Sequence record: SRR31156797_5029
DNA: 20,000 bases
Reading direction: 5' to 3' (one strand)
The notes beneath the pieces were generated by a model that worked only from the letters and a program-made list of their open reading frames with translations, searched no databases and was not told where the DNA came from. Shown here piece after piece: positions 9,291 to 15,354 of the stretch (position 1 is the stretch's first letter; every line of letters starts with the position of its first letter). A program made the translations under genes and the position numbers.

Positions 9291-9794
9291 TTAAATAAAG
9301 ATGCCGTGTTCAATTCGGGTTAATTCATTAATGACCATTTCTTTGCCGTAGGAATCTTTTAGTAATTCCATAGGTTTAATGTCTCCCAGAGCATAGTTGG
9401 GTGTGTTCAGCCAAAGGTTAAATTTTTCGATCGACTCAAAAATATCTATCCCTACATTGGTGACCTCAGCAATTTCTATAATTTTTTCTGATTGTGTGGA
9501 TTTGAAAATATGTTTTTCTGATTGTTTGTAACGCTGTAATGATTTTAGTGAAATGCCCAGGAACTCCGCCCAATCCGATTCGCTAAATGGCGCTTTAGCC
9601 TGGATTTCCTTAAAAAGCGAATATGGAATACCTTTTCGGATGGCAGCAATGATCATGAGTTTATCAGATAGGAAATTACCGAAAGTGATTGGCTGATGTT
9701 TTTCAAATTGAATGTCTACGAAATCCTGATGCATCAGGAGTGCATTTATCTCTTTGTTTATGTTTTTTGAGGATTTTGTATTCGGTTCTTTCAT
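9291..9794 (-). CDS. Xre/MbcA/ParS (DUF2384) antitoxin
   Basis: IRKGIPY, HTH WAEFLGISLKSLQRY and C-terminal WLNTPNYALGDIKPMELL...G...RIEHG. Start refined to ATG 9794. Confidence 0.92.
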   Translation of the reverse strand: MKEPNTKSSKNINKEINALLMHQDFVDIQFEKHQPITFGNFLSDKLMIIAAIRKGIPYSLFKEIQAKAPFSESDWAEFLGISLKSLQRYKQSEKHIFKSTQSEKIIEIAEVTNVGIDIFESIEKFNLWLNTPNYALGDIKPMELLKDSYGKEMVINELTRIEHGIFI

Positions 9795-9948
9795 GGCCTG
9801 TACATTTGTCTGCAAATAACGGACATTTTTCCAAGAAATCAAAATGTAATTCTGATAGATGTATTATTCCCGCTAAAAATTGAATCTTAATAGTGCGGTA
9901 TGACCAGGATAATTATCAGTTGCAGGAAGCCAATAAATAAGTGGAATG

Positions 9949-11109
9949 TTACCTTAGTACGATCAATTTTTCAACTGCAATAGGTTTATTTTCTGAAATT
10001 AGCTGGACGAAATAAGTACCGTGTTTAATATCTAAAGCATTGAAAGGTAATTCCGATACCCCGTTTTGTAATTCCAATTTTTGAATAAGCTGGCCTGAAA
10101 TGTTTCTGATCTCGATTTCTGATGCGTTATTTACTTTGTTAAACTGAAAGATCGTCTGACCTGAGGTTGGATTTGGTGATATGCCGATTTTTGAAAGTCT
10201 TCTTTGTTTATCTCCAGTTGAACTACTTGCTTGTGGCACTAGTTTAAGCCCCACCGGCCGGTGATCGGAAACATTGCCCTCATACTCCCAAAAACCATTT
10301 TCGAGATAATCGTCAATACGTATGGTCTGGACTTCACTGGCAGGATCCTCAAAATCATCAAACAGCTCATTGGATATCATGATGTGATCCAGGTGTGATG
10401 GCCACGAAGGATAAGACCAATCTGCGGATGACCCTTCGGCAATTTCCAAGTCTGTAAAATCATAGCTGAAAGGATCATTAAAAAATACCTGGAATACATT
10501 GTTTGATTCATCATCGGTAAGTATATCGTTTAAGTCGCCAAGCAGGATCACATTTCGATCATCAAAGTTTTCACGGATGTATTCATCCATCAGCACACAG
10601 GCGTCATACCTCCGGGTTTCTTCGTCCCACGGGTCATCCAAATTCATATACCCATCACCACAACATTTCAGGTGGTTGTTTATCAGCACATAATCCTCGT
10701 CCATAAAGGTAATTTCCAGAACAAGTGGCAAACGAGGAAGCTCGCGGCTGTTACCGGGTAAAATCTGGTAAATGCTGTTCATCTGCACAAACTCCGGATT
10801 GTAAATGTAAGCCAGGTTCAGGTAACCTGTGTTTGTGGAAATACCCTCCCATTCTTCCAGTTCATCTATCATTTCAACAAAATCGGGGTAGTCATCAATT
10901 TCCTGCACGGCGATCACGTCGGCCTCCATGGCCTGGATGATTTCTTTCACATATTCAATGGTTGTTGCACCTTCTTTCGGGAACCATTCGATGTTCCAGG
11001 TTACGATATCCAAAGTTGAGTCAGTTCCAAATTCGAGGTCTTCAAGGTTTTGTGCGCTGAGTGCAAGTGTGATAATTAATCCGAATATTTGCAATAGAAG
11101 ATTTTTCAT
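9949..11109 (-). CDS. Secreted endonuclease/exonuclease/phosphatase (DNase I-like EEP) with a T9SS type A C-terminal sorting domain
   Basis: Signal peptide with a probable Gln at +1. EEP motifs TWNIEWF, AVQEI, HLK, GDLND, LDHI and SDHRPV. CTD motifs ISPNPT, IRNISGQLI, GTYFVQL and KLIV. Confidence 0.9.
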   Translation of the reverse strand: MKNLLLQIFGLIITLALSAQNLEDLEFGTDSTLDIVTWNIEWFPKEGATTIEYVKEIIQAMEADVIAVQEIDDYPDFVEMIDELEEWEGISTNTGYLNLAYIYNPEFVQMNSIYQILPGNSRELPRLPLVLEITFMDEDYVLINNHLKCCGDGYMNLDDPWDEETRRYDACVLMDEYIRENFDDRNVILLGDLNDILTDDESNNVFQVFFNDPFSYDFTDLEIAEGSSADWSYPSWPSHLDHIMISNELFDDFEDPASEVQTIRIDDYLENGFWEYEGNVSDHRPVGLKLVPQASSSTGDKQRRLSKIGISPNPTSGQTIFQFNKVNNASEIEIRNISGQLIQKLELQNGVSELPFNALDIKHGTYFVQLISENKPIAVEKLIVLR

Positions 11110-11193
11110 CCGTGTTTATTTAAATTGCCTGTCAACTGTGAGTTATTGATTTGGTTGTTTCTTCGTGAGTCAAATTGTAAAAAAAACAAGCTG

Positions 11194-11201
11194 CAAAGTT
11201 A
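11194..11201 (-). promoter_or_regulatory. -7 promoter element (TAACTTTG) for the EEP gene
   Basis: Reverse complement of caaagtta; implies a 5' UTR of about 80 nt. Confidence 0.6.
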
Positions 11202-11252
11202 TCTCAAAAATTAAATCTAAGAAACACTAAAAAATCTTTCACATATAAAATG

Positions 11253-11319
11253 TTGACAATTGAAAATCAATTAACTAACAAGTTTTATACATAATTTCCA
11301 CCTTGATTTTCAATGTCAA
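11253..11319. repeat. Inverted repeat with 18/17-bp arms and a 32-nt spacer
   Basis: ttgacaattgaaaatcaa (11253-11270) matches the reverse complement of ttgattttcaatgtcaa (11303-11319) apart from one indel. Confidence 0.7.
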
Positions 11320-11517
11320 GGTAAACCGCTTACAAGTATAATACGACTCAATGAGTCATCATTACTGACATCATCGATTGCCGGCCCTACGGTGCTTAAT
11401 ACATTTTTGTGAATAATACGGGTAAGTAATAAATCTGTGTAATTTAAGCTGTTAACCTGCTGAAATTCTATGAATCCAGTACTTAAACTTACTGAATTAT
11501 TAAAAATATGATAACAT

Positions 11518-11551
11518 AAGTTACCGTATTTTGTAAAATTCGGTAACTTTG
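11518..11551 (+). promoter_or_regulatory. 32-bp palindrome (putative operator) overlapping the -7 element TAACTTTG (11544-11551) of the ATPase gene
   Basis: AAGTTACCG-t-ATTTT-gt-AAAAT-t-CGGTAACTT (11518-11549); 14 of 15 arm positions pair. Confidence 0.7.
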
Positions 11552-11572
11552 TAAATGTAAATTATCATCCAC

Positions 11573-12712
11573 ATGAATAATATTTGGTTTAATCGGTATT
11601 ATGAAAATGAATTTTCTTCGTTTTTAAAAGCAGGTAAGGTATTGGTTATCTATGGTCCGAGAAGAGTTGGAAAAACAGCATTGATCGAGAAATTTCTTTC
11701 CAGACAAAACGCAAAAGTTTTTAAAGGAACCGGGGATGACATGGAATTAAGTGAAGTATTGTCGTCCAGAAAGCTGAGAAATATATCTGTTTTGTTTTCC
11801 GGTTATGACATTATTTTTATTGATGAAGCTCAAAAAATTCCCAATGTTGGGTTAGGCCTGAAATTACTCGTAGACCATCACGATGTTAAGGTCATTGCCA
11901 GTGGATCATCCTCCATGGACTTGTCCAATAAATTCGGTGAGCCTTTAACAGGTCGCCAAACAAAACACAAGTTATACCCACTGTCAATATTGGAACTTGT
12001 AGAACAATTTGGTGGTTTTGATGTAAAAAGCAGGCTGGAGGAACTCATGATTTTTGGGAGTTATCCGGAAACTTTAAACCTGTCTGCGAAAACAGGTAAA
12101 ATTGAATATTTATCAATGCTCAGGGATTCCTATTTATTAAAGGATATTTTTGAGATGGAGAATATTCGGTTTGGTGAAAAGATAATGCAATTATTAAAAC
12201 TCGTTGCATTTCAGATTGGGAAAGAAGTTTCATTATCAGAACTTGGCCAAAATCTTGGCCTGTCAAAACAGAGTGTAGAGCGCTATTTGTATTTGCTGGA
12301 AATGGCCTTTGTGATCACCAAAGTAGGTGGATTTTCAAGAAACCTTAGAAGTGAGGTGGTTAAGACTTCCAGGTATTATTTCTGGGATAATGGTATAAGA
12401 AATGCAATCATCAACAATTTTAATAATATTGATTTTCGTGATGACGTAGGTAAGCTGTGGGAAAATTTTATGTTTATCGAAAGGATGAAAACGCTGACAT
12501 ACAGGAATATGTATTCTAATATTTATTTTTGGCGGACATATAATAAAAAAGAGGTTGATCTGGTTGAGGAACGGGATGGCAAGTTATTTGGTTATGAATT
12601 TAAGTGGAAACCAAAAAAACAAAAAGCACCAAAACTTTGGCTGGATACCTATCCGAATGCTACTTATGATGTTATTTCACGGGAGAATTTTCTTGAATTT
12701 TTAGTATTATAA
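11573..12712 (+). CDS. AAA_14 ATPase with wHTH and DUF4143 / PD-(D/E)XK-like C-terminus
   Basis: Walker A GPRRVGKT, Walker B IFIDEAQ, SGSSS, LTGR, HTH-like SLSELGQNLGLSKQSVERYL, and EVDLV...YEFKW. Confidence 0.9.
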   Translation: MNNIWFNRYYENEFSSFLKAGKVLVIYGPRRVGKTALIEKFLSRQNAKVFKGTGDDMELSEVLSSRKLRNISVLFSGYDIIFIDEAQKIPNVGLGLKLLVDHHDVKVIASGSSSMDLSNKFGEPLTGRQTKHKLYPLSILELVEQFGGFDVKSRLEELMIFGSYPETLNLSAKTGKIEYLSMLRDSYLLKDIFEMENIRFGEKIMQLLKLVAFQIGKEVSLSELGQNLGLSKQSVERYLYLLEMAFVITKVGGFSRNLRSEVVKTSRYYFWDNGIRNAIINNFNNIDFRDDVGKLWENFMFIERMKTLTYRNMYSNIYFWRTYNKKEVDLVEERDGKLFGYEFKWKPKKQKAPKLWLDTYPNATYDVISRENFLEFLVL

Positions 12713-12713
12713 G

Positions 12714-13181
12714 CTATTTCCAGTTTTTAAAAGGATTTTGTTTGAGCATGGCATTGTAGTAACGTTTATCGCCGGAAACTTCTTTACCAAGCCAGGCAGG
12801 CTTTTGAAATTTTTCATTTTCGTGATTTAACTCAACCTCAGCCATGATGAGGCCGGCATTGTCACCATAAAATTCATCCACCTCAAATTCGTGATTGCCT
12901 ACCGGGACAATATACCTGGTTTTGTCTATCACGCCCGGTTCACAAAGATCAAGTAATTGTTTTGCTTCCTCCAAAGGAATCTCTTTTTCCCACTCAAACC
13001 GTTTAATACCACCTGAATCACTTTGGCCTTTGATGGTTAAATATCCCAGATCGCCCTTAATGCGAACCCGCACAGCACGGCCTGGTGTAGAATTTAAATA
13101 ACCCTGGGTTATTCGATATGATTTGGTTGCGAAAGACTTAAACGCCCCAACCACCAAAAATTTTCTTTCAATTTCGTGCAT
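12714..13181 (-). CDS. CYTH domain protein (triphosphate tunnel metalloenzyme, CyaB-like)
   Basis: ExExK signature EIERKFLV, plus RVRI, LTIKG, EVDEF, AEVEL and PAWLGKEVSGD. Confidence 0.92.
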   Translation of the reverse strand: MHEIERKFLVVGAFKSFATKSYRITQGYLNSTPGRAVRVRIKGDLGYLTIKGQSDSGGIKRFEWEKEIPLEEAKQLLDLCEPGVIDKTRYIVPVGNHEFEVDEFYGDNAGLIMAEVELNHENEKFQKPAWLGKEVSGDKRYYNAMLKQNPFKNWK

Positions 13182-13200
13182 TTCCAATTAACTCCAATTT

Positions 13201-13306
13201 CTCCCGAAAGGATGCCTGTGGCATAAATTCCAAACTCGTAACTCCAAACTATAATTCTAAATTCGTAATTCCAAACTCTCAACTCCCAACTTTAAACTTA
13301 CAACTT
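13201..13306 (-). repeat. Degenerate heptamer array (about 12 units of NNAAYTY on +) adjoining a short REP-like element
   Basis: taaattc caaactc gtaactc caaact ataattc taaattc gtaattc caaactc tcaactc ccaactt taaactt acaactt (13224-13306), preceded by ctcccgaaaggatgcctgtggcat, which contains atgcc-tgt-ggcat. Confidence 0.8.
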
Positions 13307-13547
13307 ATTCTTCAACCCTCACTACTTCGATTTTAAAATTAGCAGCCAGCGCAGCCAGTGCGCCAATAGCGGCAAAAACAGGCGCCAGGATGGTCCCGAT
13401 AACGCCAATGGTTACCGGTATTTCAAGGTATGTTTTGCCTTCTTCATTTTTGATGATGATCCTGTTCACATTGCCTTCGTGGATGATCTCCTTGATTTTT
13501 TTCAGCAGTTCGTCACCTGCCACATGAAAGTGATTTCGTTTTTCCAT
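13305..13547 (-). CDS. Small DUF4342-like membrane-associated protein
   Basis: KIKEIIHEGNVNRIIIK...LEIPVT followed by a hydrophobic Ala/Gly-rich segment and KIEV, typical of DUF4342. Confidence 0.8.
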   Translation of the reverse strand: MEKRNHFHVAGDELLKKIKEIIHEGNVNRIIIKNEEGKTYLEIPVTIGVIGTILAPVFAAIGALAALAANFKIEVVRVEE

Positions 13548-13638
13548 GATTCAAATAATTTTGCTCAAAAATACCAAGATTACGTGATTTTTGATAAGGA
13601 AAACAACTATTTTTACAGTCCATCCTCAACCAGAGCTT

Positions 13639-15354
13639 ATGAAAAAACCGGCAAATTTGATTTATGGGCTTGAGGACAAGCCTCCATTGATTGAAATGAT
13701 TGTTCTTGGTTTACAGCATGTTAGTGTATTTTTTATCTCCATTGTTTTCCCGGTTTTGTTAATTGCGCATATGGGCAATGCAGTTGATGAGCGTTCTGCA
13801 CAAGGGTTTATCAGCCTTTCGATGATAACTGCGGGCGTGGTTACCATCTTGCAATCCTTTCGAAAATCAATAATGGGTTCCGGATATCTGGTTCCTTCTG
13901 TTTGTGGCCCATCCTATTTTTCTGCTTCCATTACGGCTTCTACTATGGGCGGATTTCCACTGCTTTTTGGAATGACCGGTTTTGTTGGATTCGTTGAAGT
14001 GGTTTTCTCGAGGTTTATGGGACGCCTTCGGTTTTTGTTTCCATCCGAGGTTACGGGCGTAATTGTGATGATGGTGGGTGTGGTTATCATTCCTTATACC
14101 ATGAAAAGTTTTGTTGGTATAGGTGTAAATGACAATGTAGTAACTAGTGCAGAAATTGTAACCGGGTTACTAACGCTTGCCCTGATGGTTGGGCTCAATG
14201 TTTTTTCCAAAGGAAAACTAAGGCTTTACAGTGCTTTGTTCGGAATGGTATTTGGCTATCTGTTATCCGCATTGCTGGGTATTTTTGGGGAGGTGCAGTT
14301 GAAACAACTTGGCGAAACTTCCCTGATGGCTATACCACATATCGATGGTTTTGGTTGGGCTTTCGAGCCAACGCTGATCATACCTTTTACCATAGCAACT
14401 TTAAGTTCTACGCTAAAAACTGTTGGTGATATCACCACGGCACAAAAGATCAGCGATGCCGGCTGGACACGGCCAAACATGAAATCCATTTCAGGGGGCA
14501 TTTTTGCTGACGGACTGGGTGGTGTGATCCCGGGGTTGATTGGCGGTTTCGGTCAGTCCACATCTTCTGCTAACGTTGGATTGTCATTGGCAACAGGCGC
14601 AACAACCCGAAAAATTGCCTGGTACATGGGCGGGATGTTGATAGTTCTGGCATTTATGCCCAGGGTGTCGGAAGTTTTTCTGCTTATGCCATTGCCTGTT
14701 ATTGGTGCCACATTGATCTATGCAGCTTCGTTTATGATCATTACCGGCTTACAGATTATCATGTCGCGGATGTTGGATACACGGAAAACCTTTGTTGTGG
14801 GGATTTCGATAATTGCGGGGTTGAGTGTTTATATGCTTGGTGATGTTTACAACGAGGTTCATGATTGGTTCAGGCCTGTCTTCAGTTCATCATTATCCAT
14901 GGCTACGGTTACGGCTATTGTCATGAATTTGATTTTGCGAATAGGCATTCGAAAAAAATTGCAACTGAATTTTTCGCCAGGTGATGACTATTCCACCATG
15001 ATTTTTGAATCCCTTGAAAAGAAAGGTGGAAAATGGGGTGCACGTAAAGAGATCATTTTTAAAGTTGCTGCCGCCATCAATGAATTTATGGAAATTGCCA
15101 GTGTCCCTGGCGTGTTAAAAGATTCCGTGGTTAAGATGAGTGTGACTTTTGATGAGTTGAAGCTTGAAGTGAATATTCATTATGATGGCCAGGAAATCAG
15201 CTTTCCAACAGAACGACCCGGCCCGGATGAATTGCTTGAAAAGAGGGACTCACATTTAATTCTGGCCGGCTATTTGGTAGGCAGGCATGCTGATCGGATA
15301 AGTAAGCATGACAAAGGCATAACCAGGCATATCAAGCTGACTTTTGACCACTAG
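13639..15354 (+). CDS. NCS2/NAT (xanthine/uracil permease family) transporter with a C-terminal soluble extension of about 130 aa
   Basis: YGLEDKPP, TM1 GLQH, LFPSEVTG, GGIFADG, NAT-like ANVGLSLATG and PLPVIGA. Start refined to ATG 13639. Confidence 0.9.
   Translation: MKKPANLIYGLEDKPPLIEMIVLGLQHVSVFFISIVFPVLLIAHMGNAVDERSAQGFISLSMITAGVVTILQSFRKSIMGSGYLVPSVCGPSYFSASITASTMGGFPLLFGMTGFVGFVEVVFSRFMGRLRFLFPSEVTGVIVMMVGVVIIPYTMKSFVGIGVNDNVVTSAEIVTGLLTLALMVGLNVFSKGKLRLYSALFGMVFGYLLSALLGIFGEVQLKQLGETSLMAIPHIDGFGWAFEPTLIIPFTIATLSSTLKTVGDITTAQKISDAGWTRPNMKSISGGIFADGLGGVIPGLIGGFGQSTSSANVGLSLATGATTRKIAWYMGGMLIVLAFMPRVSEVFLLMPLPVIGATLIYAASFMIITGLQIIMSRMLDTRKTFVVGISIIAGLSVYMLGDVYNEVHDWFRPVFSSSLSMATVTAIVMNLILRIGIRKKLQLNFSPGDDYSTMIFESLEKKGGKWGARKEIIFKVAAAINEFMEIASVPGVLKDSVVKMSVTFDELKLEVNIHYDGQEISFPTERPGPDELLEKRDSHLILAGYLVGRHADRISKHDKGITRHIKLTFDH

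Noticed and set aside
11110-11572. tRNA, riboswitch or dif site in the long spacer
   Set aside because: No cloverleaf, known riboswitch consensus or convincing XerC/XerD arms were recognisable; only the palindromes are reported.
12714-13181. CYTH protein as the cyclase of a CBASS/Pycsar-like system with the neighbouring ATPase
   Set aside because: The genes are convergent rather than operonic, this CYTH type is common in Bacteroidota and usually a triphosphatase, and no cyclic-nucleotide sensor or effector is present.
13224-13306. Possible CRISPR array at this and the other repeat tracts
   Set aside because: Units are 7-8 nt with no 23-47-nt repeat and unique-spacer structure, and there are no cas genes.
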